Shown: positions 11,366 through 19,846 of the stretch, in pieces
Numbering within the stretch: position 1 is the first letter of the stretch
Layout of the letters: every line of letters starts with the position of its first letter
Origin: Kiloniellaceae bacterium
GTDB lineage: Bacteria; Pseudomonadota; Alphaproteobacteria; Kiloniellales; J153
Assembly (NCBI GenBank): GCA_021776055.1
Contig: JAJFGP010000021.1
Coordinates: forward strand, 7,520-71,519
Direction: 5' to 3'
DNA: 64,000 nucleotides
The notes under the pieces: model-generated
What the model saw: the letters and a program-made list of their open reading frames with translations, nothing else
The model's database searches: none
Told to the model about the DNA's origin: nothing
Made by a program: the position numbers and the translations under genes

Positions 11366-12280
11366 GTGAATCTTCTCTTCGAGGTCATAACCGAGATTAC
11401 CTTGCCGATCGTGCTGATGATCGGCGGCGGCTATGTTTTGCAGCGGCGTCTGGCTCTCGATGTGGCGACCCTCAGCCGTGTGACGGTCTACGGCACATTA
11501 CCGTGCCTGTTGGTCGTCAGTCTGGCGACAGCGCCCTTGCCGGCCAGCGAGGTCGGGGCGGTAGTTTTCTTTACCGCCGGCCAGTTCTTTGTTCTGCTAG
11601 CGCTTGGCTGGATTGCGGCGGTGATTTTCCGCTTACCCGCCGAGTTGCGGCCGGTCCTGGCCCTAGCGGTCCCCTTCGCCAATGTTGCCAACTACGGCAT
11701 ACCCTTGGTCGAGCTGGGGATGGGCTCGGCGTGGGTGCCGCATCAGGCGATCATTGTTGCCGTGCTTACCGTGCTTATTTTCGTTCTGGCACCGGTAATG
11801 TTGCACACCGGCAGCCACGATCTGCGCCGCTCGACGGCGGCGATTCTGCGCACGCCCGTTTTGGCCGCGGTCGCCGTCGGCCTAACCCTCAACGTCTTGG
11901 ATGTCCCGCTGCCCCAGGCCGTGGATTTCCCGTTACGCGTGGTGGGCGCTGCCAATACACCCGTGGCGTTGATTGCCTTGGGGGCGATGTTGGCGACCGG
12001 AAAATGGGCGACGACGCGGGGCACGGTGGGTTTGGGTGTCGGATTGCGCCTGTTTTTGGCGCCGCTGGTAACCTGGGCGATGTTGGCGATCTTCACACTG
12101 CCGGCGGGGATGAACGAGTTGTTCCTCATCGGTGTCGCGGCGCCCATCGGTATTCTGCTGCCCATCTTGTGCGCCGAATACGGCCGACAGGCCGGCGCCG
12201 CCTCGGCGATGGTTGTGATATCGACGGCGATTAGTCCCGTGGCGGCGACGGTGATGGTCTATCTGGCGCGGGCGTTTTGA
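11366..12280 (+). CDS. AEC (auxin efflux carrier) family transporter
   Basis: A polytopic membrane protein whose N-terminus (NLLFEVITEITLPIVLMIGGGYVL) is typical of the AEC family. GTG 11366 gives a family-typical length of about 304 aa. The upstream ATG 11249 in the ORF track would add 39 non-conserved-looking residues, so the start is uncertain. Confidence 0.7.
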   Translation: MNLLFEVITEITLPIVLMIGGGYVLQRRLALDVATLSRVTVYGTLPCLLVVSLATAPLPASEVGAVVFFTAGQFFVLLALGWIAAVIFRLPAELRPVLALAVPFANVANYGIPLVELGMGSAWVPHQAIIVAVLTVLIFVLAPVMLHTGSHDLRRSTAAILRTPVLAAVAVGLTLNVLDVPLPQAVDFPLRVVGAANTPVALIALGAMLATGKWATTRGTVGLGVGLRLFLAPLVTWAMLAIFTLPAGMNELFLIGVAAPIGILLPILCAEYGRQAGAASAMVVISTAISPVAATVMVYLARAF

Positions 12281-12972
12281 ACTTCCGCGGGCCGGTCTAG
12301 CGCGTAACCGGCGGCGCGCACGGTGCGGATCAAGTCCGCCTCGCCGTCGCCGTTCAGGGCCTTGCGTAGACGCCGGATGTGCACATCGACCGTGCGAGCC
12401 TCCACATAAACATCGCGACCCCAAACGGCATCGAGCAACTGCTCGCGACTGAACACCCGGCCGGGGTGTTGCAGCAAGTAGTGAAGCAAGCGAAATTCGG
12501 TCGGCCCCAAGTGTATCTCTCGACCGTCGCGGCGCACCCGGTGTGCCGCCAGATCCATGGTGAGATCGGCGAAATCGAGCTGTTCGGCGGCCAACTCCGG
12601 ACGCGCCCGGCGCAGAAGGGCGCGTATGCGGGCGATCAGCTCCGCCGGCGAGAATGGCTTGGTCATGTAGTCGTCGGCGCCGTAATCGAGGCCGCGCACC
12701 TTGTCGCCTTCCTCGCCGCGGGCGGTGAGCATGATGATCGGCACCGTGGCCGATTCCGGTTGGCGGCGCAGGCGCCGGCAGACCTCGATGCCGGAGAGCA
12801 GCGGCAACATCCAGTCGAGCAAGATCAGGTCCGGATGATCCTCGGCGGCGCGCAGCAGCGCCTCCTCGCCATCGCTCGCCTCGCTGACGACAAAACCCTC
12901 CCGCTCCAGGTTATAGCGCAGCAGAGTGACCAGCGGCCCCTCGTCCTCGACGATTAAAATGCGTGGGTTCAT
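12259..12972 (-). CDS. phoB: Phosphate regulon response regulator PhoB
   Basis: Receiver domain (ILIVEDE...DLILLDWMLP) plus an OmpR/PhoB winged-helix domain (RTVDVHIRRLRKAL...VRAAGYAL). It is the last gene of the pst-phoU-phoB string. Confidence 0.95.
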   Translation of the reverse strand: MNPRILIVEDEGPLVTLLRYNLEREGFVVSEASDGEEALLRAAEDHPDLILLDWMLPLLSGIEVCRRLRRQPESATVPIIMLTARGEEGDKVRGLDYGADDYMTKPFSPAELIARIRALLRRARPELAAEQLDFADLTMDLAAHRVRRDGREIHLGPTEFRLLHYLLQHPGRVFSREQLLDAVWGRDVYVEARTVDVHIRRLRKALNGDGEADLIRTVRAAGYALDRPAEVQNARAR

Positions 12973-13718
12973 GGCTCTTTTGTCTTTCCGTCGCCGTCCA
13001 TCCGCGCCTTAGGCTCGACCACCTGGAAGCTGGTGGTATCGCCCTTCGGGCGGCCGCCGATCATGCGCTGACCGGTGACCAGATAATGGATGGTTTCGGC
13101 GATGTTTGTTGCGTGGTCGCCAATGCGTTCGATGTTCTTGGCGACAAAAAGGAGATGCGTGCTCGGGGTTATGTTGCGCGGGTCTTCCATCATGTAGGTC
13201 AGAAGTTCGCGGAAGATACCGGTGTACATCTCGTCCACCTCTTCATCCCGGTGCCAGACGTCGATGGCGCGCTCCGCGTCGCGGGCGGCATAGGCATCAA
13301 GCGTGTCCTTGATGATGTTTTGCGCCAGGCGCGCCATGCGGGGAATGCCGTTGGCCGGTGGGATCGGGGGGATCTGATTCAACGCCATGACTCGCTTGGC
13401 CACATTGGCGGCGTAGTCGCCGATGCGCTCCAGATCGCTAGATATTTTCAGCGCCGCAATCACCTCGCGCAAATCGGTGGCCATGGGTTGGCGAAGCGCC
13501 AGCAGGCGCACGGCCCGCTCGTCCAATTCTTCTTCGAGAGCATCGATGGCGGCATCGCCGCGCACCACACGCTCGGCCAAATCGGTATCGCGGCGCTTGA
13601 GCGCCTCGACCGCGGTAGCAAGTTGGCTTTCGGCAAGGCCGCCCATGCGGGTGATGACTTGGCTCAAGCCTTTCAGTTCATCGTCGAATGAGCGGACAAT
13701 ATGTTTTGGTGCCGTCAT
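12969..13718 (-). CDS. phoU: Phosphate signalling complex protein PhoU
   Basis: Two PhoU repeats with the E(R)IGD motifs (DLERIGDYAANVA and NIERIGDHATNIA). ATG 13718 (MTAPKHIV...) is chosen; the longer ORF-track start overlaps pstB. Confidence 0.93.
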   Translation of the reverse strand: MTAPKHIVRSFDDELKGLSQVITRMGGLAESQLATAVEALKRRDTDLAERVVRGDAAIDALEEELDERAVRLLALRQPMATDLREVIAALKISSDLERIGDYAANVAKRVMALNQIPPIPPANGIPRMARLAQNIIKDTLDAYAARDAERAIDVWHRDEEVDEMYTGIFRELLTYMMEDPRNITPSTHLLFVAKNIERIGDHATNIAETIHYLVTGQRMIGGRPKGDTTSFQVVEPKARMDGDGKTKEP

Positions 13719-13737
13719 AGGTGGTTCCCCAAGGCTC

Positions 13738-14541
13738 CTAGCCGAAGCGGCCGGTGATGTAGCCGAGCGTGCGCTCGTCGCGCGGGTTGGTGAACAGCTG
13801 CTCGGTGGCGCCGCGCTCGACCAACTCGCCAAGATGAAAGAAAGCCGTGCGTTGCGAGACGCGGGCGGCCTGCTGCATGGAATGGGTGACAATGACGATG
13901 GTGAAATTCTCGCGCAGCTCGTCCATCAATTCCTCGATACGGGCCGTGGCGATGGGATCCAGGGCCGAGCACGGCTCGTCCATCAAGATCACCTCCGGGT
14001 CGACGGCAATCGCGCGGGCGATGCATAGGCGCTGCTGTTGACCGCCGGAGAGGCTGGTTCCGGGCCGGTCCAAGCGGTCCTGCACTTCTTTCCACAGGCC
14101 GGCGCGGGTGAGACTACGCTCGACGATCTCATCCAGAGCGCCTTTGGATTCGGCGTGACCGTGGATGCGCGGGCCGTAGGCGACGTTCTCGTAGATCGAT
14201 TTGGGAAACGGGTTAGGCTTCTGAAAGACCATACCGACCCGGGCGCGCAACTGCACCACGTCCAGATCGCTGCCGTAGATATCCTCGCCGTCCAAGGTGA
14301 TGGTGCCGCTGACCCGGCAACCCTCGATCACATCGTTCATGCGGTTAAGACACCGGAGGAAGGTGGATTTGCCGCAGCCTGACGGGCCAATGAGCGCCGT
14401 TACCTGATTCTCGCCGATATCCAAGCTGACCGACTTGAGGGCATGGTTATCGCTATAGAAGACATCCACATCCTGAACGCGAACCTTCGTCGGCGTTTCT
14501 CCGGCGGATTGCGGCGTCGGCATTTGTACGATGGTAGCCAA
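13738..14541 (-). CDS. pstB: Phosphate ABC transporter ATP-binding protein PstB
   Basis: Walker [13 protein letters not shown] signature LSGGQQQRL, Walker B ILMDEP, and the PstB-typical length and context. Confidence 0.97.
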   Translation of the reverse strand: MATIVQMPTPQSAGETPTKVRVQDVDVFYSDNHALKSVSLDIGENQVTALIGPSGCGKSTFLRCLNRMNDVIEGCRVSGTITLDGEDIYGSDLDVVQLRARVGMVFQKPNPFPKSIYENVAYGPRIHGHAESKGALDEIVERSLTRAGLWKEVQDRLDRPGTSLSGGQQQRLCIARAIAVDPEVILMDEPCSALDPIATARIEELMDELRENFTIVIVTHSMQQAARVSQRTAFFHLGELVERGATEQLFTNPRDERTLGYITGRFG

Positions 14542-14550
14542 ATGGTCCTC

Positions 14551-15855
14551 CTACCAGCGCCGCTCGAAGCGGCGACGCAGTATCACGGCAAGCGCATTCA
14601 TCGCCACCAAGAAGGCCAGCAGCACCAGGATAGCGGCGCTGGTCTTGGCAACGAAGGCACGTTCGGGGCTATCGGCCCAAAGATAAATTTGCACCGGCAG
14701 CACGGTTGCCGGATCGGTGAAGCTGCCGGGAATATCGACGATAAAGGCGACCATGCCGATCATCAGCAGCGGTGCCGTTTCGCCCAAGGCCCGGGCCATG
14801 CCGATGATGGTGCCGGTCATCACCCCAGGCATGGCCAGCGGCAGAACATGATGCAGCGTGACTTGCAGCTTCGAGGCACCGACGGCCAAGGCCGCCTCCC
14901 GCACAGATGGGGGCACGGCGGTTAGGGCCGCGCGGGCGGCAATGATGATGGTCGGGAAGGTCATGAGCGCCAGCACCAAGCCGCCGACAATGGGCGCCGA
15001 ACGCGGCATGCCGAAGATACTCAGGAACATCGCCAGACCAAGCAGACCAAAAACAATCGAGGGCACGGCAGCGAGGTTGTTGATGTTGACCTCGATGAGA
15101 TCCGTCCACCGGTTTTTCGGTGCGAATTCCTCGAGATAAAGGGCCGCGAGAACGCCAATGGGAAAGCTCAAGCTCAGGGTAACCACCAAGGTTAGGAACG
15201 AGCCGACGACCGCCCCCCAAATGCCCGCTTGCTCGGGTTCGCGCGAATCGCTGGCGGTGAAGAAGGTGGTATCGAAGCGCGTTCCCAGATCGCCGGAAGC
15301 GATGAGCGCGTCGAGCCAGACGATTTCGTTGTCCTTGACTCGGCGGTCCGATTCCGGCGCGTCGCGCGCGACATTGTTTTTGACGAAACTATCCACATCG
15401 TCCGACGACTTGATCCAATACCGCGCCGTTGTCCCGATCAGCGCCGGGGTGGCAAGCACCATGCCGCGTAGTTCGAATCCAGCGCCGCTGCTGATAAGGC
15501 GCGTGAGTGCGCGCTTGGCGCGGCGGTCCGTGACCTCGGGGAAACGAGTTGCTAGGGCCCGCTTGGCCAAGGTCTGGTAGTTGGCCGAATACAAGGCATC
15601 GGGCGCGCGTGTGCCCTCCGGATCTATTACCTCGGGGTCGAAATAGATATCGAGAGCAATCTCCGTTTGAAAGAAGGCGGAGGCGCCCCGGTTCGCGATG
15701 CTGCCCAGCAAGGCGACCAGTACGACCGCGGCAATGACGATAGCCGATATGCCGTAAATGCGGAAACGCCGCTCGGCCGCATGGCGTTGGCGCAATAGCC
15801 GTGGCGATGATCCGCGCTGCGGTCGCGTCAGGGGAGTTGCGGTCGTATCAGTCAT
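14551..15855 (-). CDS. pstA: Phosphate ABC transporter permease PstA
   Basis: Long-form PstA permease with the EAA-like loop (ALGASKLQVTLHHVLPLAMPG). ATG 15855 overlaps the pstC stop (ATGACTGA arrangement). Confidence 0.9.
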   Translation of the reverse strand: MTDTTATPLTRPQRGSSPRLLRQRHAAERRFRIYGISAIVIAAVVLVALLGSIANRGASAFFQTEIALDIYFDPEVIDPEGTRAPDALYSANYQTLAKRALATRFPEVTDRRAKRALTRLISSGAGFELRGMVLATPALIGTTARYWIKSSDDVDSFVKNNVARDAPESDRRVKDNEIVWLDALIASGDLGTRFDTTFFTASDSREPEQAGIWGAVVGSFLTLVVTLSLSFPIGVLAALYLEEFAPKNRWTDLIEVNINNLAAVPSIVFGLLGLAMFLSIFGMPRSAPIVGGLVLALMTFPTIIIAARAALTAVPPSVREAALAVGASKLQVTLHHVLPLAMPGVMTGTIIGMARALGETAPLLMIGMVAFIVDIPGSFTDPATVLPVQIYLWADSPERAFVAKTSAAILVLLAFLVAMNALAVILRRRFERRW

Positions 15856-17083
15856 ACTTTTCCCGATACTTCCGCACCACCCGCAAGGCAATCACGTTGA
15901 GCACCAGGGTGATGACGAACAGGGCCAGGCCTAGGGCGAAGGCGGCCAAAGTCTTGGCGCTGTCGAACTCCTGGTCGCCGACCAGCAAGGTGACGATTTG
16001 TACGGTCACCGTCGTGACAGCCTGTAGTGGGTTGGCGGTTAAATTGGCAGCCAGGCCGGCAGCCATAACCACGATCATGGTCTCGCCGATGGCTCGGCTG
16101 ATGGCCAGCAAAATGCCGCCGACGATGCCGGGCAAGGCGGCGGGCAGCACGATCTGGCGCACCGTCTCGGACCGGGTCGCGCCCAGGGCATAGGCGCCGT
16201 CGCGCAACGTCTGCGGCACCGCATTCATCACGTCATCGGAGATGGATGAGACGAAGGGAATGATCATGATCCCCATGACCATACCGGCGGCAAGTGCTGA
16301 CTCCGACGAGACACCGATCCCTACGGATTCACCGATCCCGCGGAAAAGCGGTGCCACCGTCAAGGCGGCGAAAAAGCCGTAAACAACGGTTGGCACGCCG
16401 GCGAGAATTTCCAACATGGGCTTGACGTTGGCGCGCACGCGCGGCGTGGCGTACTCTGACATGTAGATGGCCGAAAACAGGCCAATGGGCACCGCTACGC
16501 ACATGGCGATGACGGTGATTAGCATGGTGCCGGCGAAAAGCGGTATCGCCCCAAAGGCGCCTGAGGCGCCGACCTGATCGGCGCGGATCGCCGTCTGTGG
16601 GCTCCAACGCAAGCCGAAGAGAAAATCGAAAAACGGCACCTTGGCGAAGAAACGCAAGGATTCGAAGAGCAGAGAGAGAATGATGCCGAAGGTGGTGAGG
16701 ATCGCCACCGTCGAGGCGATCAACATGACCGCCCGGGCGATGCGCTCAACGGCAATACGGGCGCGCAAAGGGGGCGCGATGCGCCGGTGCGCGATTGCCA
16801 GACCGGTAATGCCAGCGATTGCGGCCACGATGGCGGTAGTCGCCCCGTTGGTGTCGGGCAATGCGACGATCCGGCCCAACCAAGGCCGTGCCACAAGCCA
16901 GAGAATAGCGGCGCCTATACCAGGTATCGCACACCACAGCGCCACATAGAGGCCGTGATATTGCGGCCGCGAATGCAGATCGCGCCGCCGCGCGCCGGCG
17001 AGTATCAACACACGCCGGCGGCCAAGCTCGTATCCGACTATCGACAGGAGCAGCAGGGTGATGACTGAAACAAGGATTTGCAT
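15848..17083 (-). CDS. pstC: Phosphate ABC transporter permease PstC
   Basis: Polytopic permease with the EAA loop (ALGATRSETVRQIVLPAALPG), located between pstS and pstA. Confidence 0.9.
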   Translation of the reverse strand: MQILVSVITLLLLSIVGYELGRRRVLILAGARRRDLHSRPQYHGLYVALWCAIPGIGAAILWLVARPWLGRIVALPDTNGATTAIVAAIAGITGLAIAHRRIAPPLRARIAVERIARAVMLIASTVAILTTFGIILSLLFESLRFFAKVPFFDFLFGLRWSPQTAIRADQVGASGAFGAIPLFAGTMLITVIAMCVAVPIGLFSAIYMSEYATPRVRANVKPMLEILAGVPTVVYGFFAALTVAPLFRGIGESVGIGVSSESALAAGMVMGIMIIPFVSSISDDVMNAVPQTLRDGAYALGATRSETVRQIVLPAALPGIVGGILLAISRAIGETMIVVMAAGLAANLTANPLQAVTTVTVQIVTLLVGDQEFDSAKTLAAFALGLALFVITLVLNVIALRVVRKYREKYD

Positions 17084-17126
17084 CGGTAGGCTCGTCTGCT
17101 CCTAAAAATTTTCGCGGCCGGGGCCG

Positions 17127-17159
17127 GATGCGCGGGCGGGGGGCCCTTTTCCGCGCATC
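17127..17159 (-). other. GC-rich intercistronic stem-loop between pstS and pstC
   Basis: A 9-bp stem, GATGCGCGG...CCGCGCATC, read on either strand. No adjacent U-tract follows on the coding (minus) strand. Confidence 0.5.
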
Positions 17160-17201
17160 TGGCTTAACCGGCCGCTCTTCGCACCGTTACATGAACAAAG
17201 G

Positions 17202-18251
17202 CTACATAGAGAGAGAAGCCATGCCGTTTGCCGCGTCACGCATCGCCTTGCGATCCGCCGCCGGCAAGGGAATGAGACCCTTGTCCACGAGATAACCGTC
17301 TTCGCCCCAAGCCCGGTCGTTGGTGAACTCGGCGACGAATTCCTTGATGCCGGGCACTTGATCGACGTGCTGTTGCTTGACGTAGAAGTAAAGCGACCGC
17401 GAGACGCCGTAGTCACCGCCGGCGATCTTCTCGAAGGTCGGCTCGATGCCATCGACGATAGCGCCTTGCAGCTTGTCCGCATTCTGGTCGAGGAAGCTGA
17501 AACCGAAGATACCGACGGCCTTTGGATTGGCCTCCAGCTTCTGGACAATCAGATTGTCATTCTCGCCCGCCTCGATGTAGGCGCCGTCTTCACGCAGGGT
17601 GTGGGCGACCGCCTTGAAGGCTTTCTTGTTCTCTTTCTTCAGGGCTTTGAGGGTATCGAAAGTTCTCGCACCGCCTTCCATGGCCAGCTCGACGAAGGCA
17701 TCGCGCGTGCCGCTGGTGGGCGGCGGGCCAAGCACTTCGATCTTGGTGGCCGGCAGTGCCGGGTTGATCTGGTTCCAGGTGTGATACGGATTATCGATCA
17801 GTTTGCCATCCGGGCCCGGGACTTGCTTGGCCAGGGCCAGGTAAATTTCCTGCTTGCTGAGGGTCAGGCGCTTTGCCGACTTGGCATTGGCGAGCACGAT
17901 GCCGTCAAAACCAATTTTGACCTCGGTAATCTCGATACCATTCTTGGTGCAGGTTTCGTATTCGGATTTTTTGATGCGCCGCGAGGCGTTGGTGATATCC
18001 GGCGTATCCTCGCCGGCGCCGGCGCAGAACAGCTTCATGCCGCCGCCGGTGCCGGTGCTCTCAACAACCGGGGTCTTGAAATTCGTGGTCTTGCCGAAAT
18101 TCTCCGCCACGGCGGTGGAGAAGGGAAAGACCGTGGACGAGCCGACGATGCGGATCTGCTCACGCGCTTGCGCCGGAATCGCCGCGGCCATGGTGACACT
18201 GGCGAGGGTAGCACCGGCGACTACGGCCATGGCGAGACTTTGTTTAATCAC
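17202..18251 (-). CDS. pstS: Phosphate ABC transporter substrate-binding protein PstS
   Basis: Signal peptide followed by the periplasmic phosphate-binding fold (IVGSSTVFPF, GTGGG, PPTSGTRD). GTG start at 18251 with GGAGG 9 nt upstream. It is the first gene downstream of a Pho box. Confidence 0.92.
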   Translation of the reverse strand: MIKQSLAMAVVAGATLASVTMAAAIPAQAREQIRIVGSSTVFPFSTAVAENFGKTTNFKTPVVESTGTGGGMKLFCAGAGEDTPDITNASRRIKKSEYETCTKNGIEITEVKIGFDGIVLANAKSAKRLTLSKQEIYLALAKQVPGPDGKLIDNPYHTWNQINPALPATKIEVLGPPPTSGTRDAFVELAMEGGARTFDTLKALKKENKKAFKAVAHTLREDGAYIEAGENDNLIVQKLEANPKAVGIFGFSFLDQNADKLQGAIVDGIEPTFEKIAGGDYGVSRSLYFYVKQQHVDQVPGIKEFVAEFTNDRAWGEDGYLVDKGLIPLPAADRKAMRDAANGMASLSM

Positions 18252-18362
18252 AGGTCATACCTCCATTCGAGGTCTAGAGGGTTCCGCGCGCGGCCATTAA
18301 AACCGCTGCACGCACCGGCTACCGGCCGGCTGAGTGCAGCCTATGCAAGCACAAGGATACAA

Positions 18363-18393
18363 ATACTACGGATAGGTGACAGTTTTATGACAG
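18363..18393 (-). promoter_or_regulatory. Pho box (PhoB binding site) with a downstream -10 element; the pstS promoter
   Basis: The minus strand reads CTGTCAT-AAAA-CTGTCAC (18393..18376), two 7-bp direct repeats with 11-bp periodicity that match the Pho box consensus. It is followed 7 nt later by TAGTAT (18368..18363). Confidence 0.85.
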
Positions 18394-18427
18394 AGAAATG
18401 GGGGAATTGCCGCGTTAATACAATTGG

Positions 18428-19846
18428 TTATGTATTGTTCGGCGTTTCGGCGCTCGGGTCCCCGGCCAGCGGCAGGATGGCGGTAAAGACCGACCCTTCG
18501 CCCACGGTGCTGTCGATATCGAATAGGCCGCGGTGCCGGTTGAGAATGTGTTTCACGATCGCCAAGCCCAGGCCGGTACCGCCAAGCTCGCGCGAGCGGG
18601 CCGTATCGACCCGGTAGAAGCGCTCGGTCAGGCGCGGCAGGTGTTCGCGGGGAATGCCCTCTCCCTGGTCGGCGACGGAGACCGCTACCCCCGGCCGGCC
18701 AAGCCGGCGGGCTAAAACGCTGCCGGTATCCGCCCGCCAGGCGGAGAGGCGAACCTCACTATCGGCGTGGCTATACTTGACCGCGTTGTCGATAAGATTC
18801 TGAAAGACCTGGGCCAAATCGTCCGCATCGCCGGCGACCGGCGGCACGTCCTGCAAATCGAAGACGAAGGTCAACGTCTTCTCACGTGCCTGCGGCTCGA
18901 GGGTGCGCACGACGCTTTGCAGCAAGGCAGTTACATCGACGCTGCCGCGGGGCGGCGTGTGCTCGTGCAGCTCGATGCGCGAGAGCGAAAGCAGATCCTT
19001 GACCAGACGCGACATGCGCTCGGCCTGTTCGCGCATGACACCCAGGAACCGGTGGCGCGCTTCCGTATCTTCCCGGGCGGCGCCCTGCAGGGTTTCGATA
19101 AAGCCCAACAGGCTGGTCAGGGGTGTGCGCAATTCATGGCTGGCGTTGGCAACGAAATCGGCGCGCATCTGTTCGATGCGCTTGCCGGTGGTGATATCAT
19201 GCAGGGCGAGAACGGCCAGGGTGCCATCCGGTGCAGGTGCTGGTAACCGGGCCAGGCGGGCGCTGTAGTGGCGGGGCACCGGCCCCGGCTGGGTGAACTC
19301 GATGATGCGGCCCGCGTCGCCTTGCAGCACCCCATCGACGGCGCTCAACAGGTCCGGATTACGCAACACCGCTGGCAAATCGCGACCGGAGAGCGGACTC
19401 TCGAATGCCTCTGCCGCGGCTGGGTTGGCGCGCACGATGCGGCCGTCTGCGCCGAGCAATAGCAGGGGATCCGGCAGGGCGGTCAAGATCGCTTCACCGC
19501 CCGCGACCGTCTCTTGCAGATCGCGCCGCTGCCGGCGCCGCTCGCGCGCCATCTCGGCAACCGCCGCATCCAGGCCGGGGCACAACGGTGTGCGTTGTGC
19601 GTCGGCCGGGGGCAGCGGTGCCTCGATGTCGCCGCCGAGCGCATCGATGGCCTGGCGCACGGTCGCCACACGCCGCAAATGCCAGCGCAGGGCCACGGCC
19701 ATGAGAAGAGATACGGCTAGAATTGCGGCAAGCGCCGCGGGCCAGGCCAGCGCGCCGACGATAACCAATGCCGCAAGGACAACCGCAACGGGTGCTGCCA
19801 CAAAGGCAAAAGCGATCAGGGCATCGATAAGGGAGACGGCGCGCAT
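18428..19846 (-). CDS. phoR: Phosphate regulon sensor histidine kinase PhoR
   Basis: Two N-terminal TM helices, a PAS-like region, the H-box FVANASHELRTPLTS, and N/G boxes (NLIDNAVKY, GGTGLGLAIV). It lies in the Pho gene block. Confidence 0.93.
   Translation of the reverse strand: MRAVSLIDALIAFAFVAAPVAVVLAALVIVGALAWPAALAAILAVSLLMAVALRWHLRRVATVRQAIDALGGDIEAPLPPADAQRTPLCPGLDAAVAEMARERRRQRRDLQETVAGGEAILTALPDPLLLLGADGRIVRANPAAAEAFESPLSGRDLPAVLRNPDLLSAVDGVLQGDAGRIIEFTQPGPVPRHYSARLARLPAPAPDGTLAVLALHDITTGKRIEQMRADFVANASHELRTPLTSLLGFIETLQGAAREDTEARHRFLGVMREQAERMSRLVKDLLSLSRIELHEHTPPRGSVDVTALLQSVVRTLEPQAREKTLTFVFDLQDVPPVAGDADDLAQVFQNLIDNAVKYSHADSEVRLSAWRADTGSVLARRLGRPGVAVSVADQGEGIPREHLPRLTERFYRVDTARSRELGGTGLGLAIVKHILNRHRGLFDIDSTVGEGSVFTAILPLAGDPSAETPNNT

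Noticed and set aside
12259-12280. A 22-nt convergent overlap of the AEC transporter and phoB 3' ends.
   Set aside because: Both stops are read directly from sequence, and the PhoB C-terminal extension is short. Small convergent overlaps are common in compact GC-rich genomes, and I see no evidence of a frameshift or a regulatory role.
15396-15410. A DnaA-box-like CTATCCACA.
   Set aside because: It is a single 8/9 match inside the pstA coding sequence, with no cluster of boxes and no AT-rich unwinding element. This is not an origin.
18415-18436. TTAA-N7-GGTTA (CtrA-box-like) and an AATACA-N8-TGTATT inverted repeat at the phoR stop.
   Set aside because: The second half-site does not match TTAA. 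The AT-rich 6-bp inverted repeat overlaps the stop codon and lacks a U-tract, so chance is the most likely explanation.
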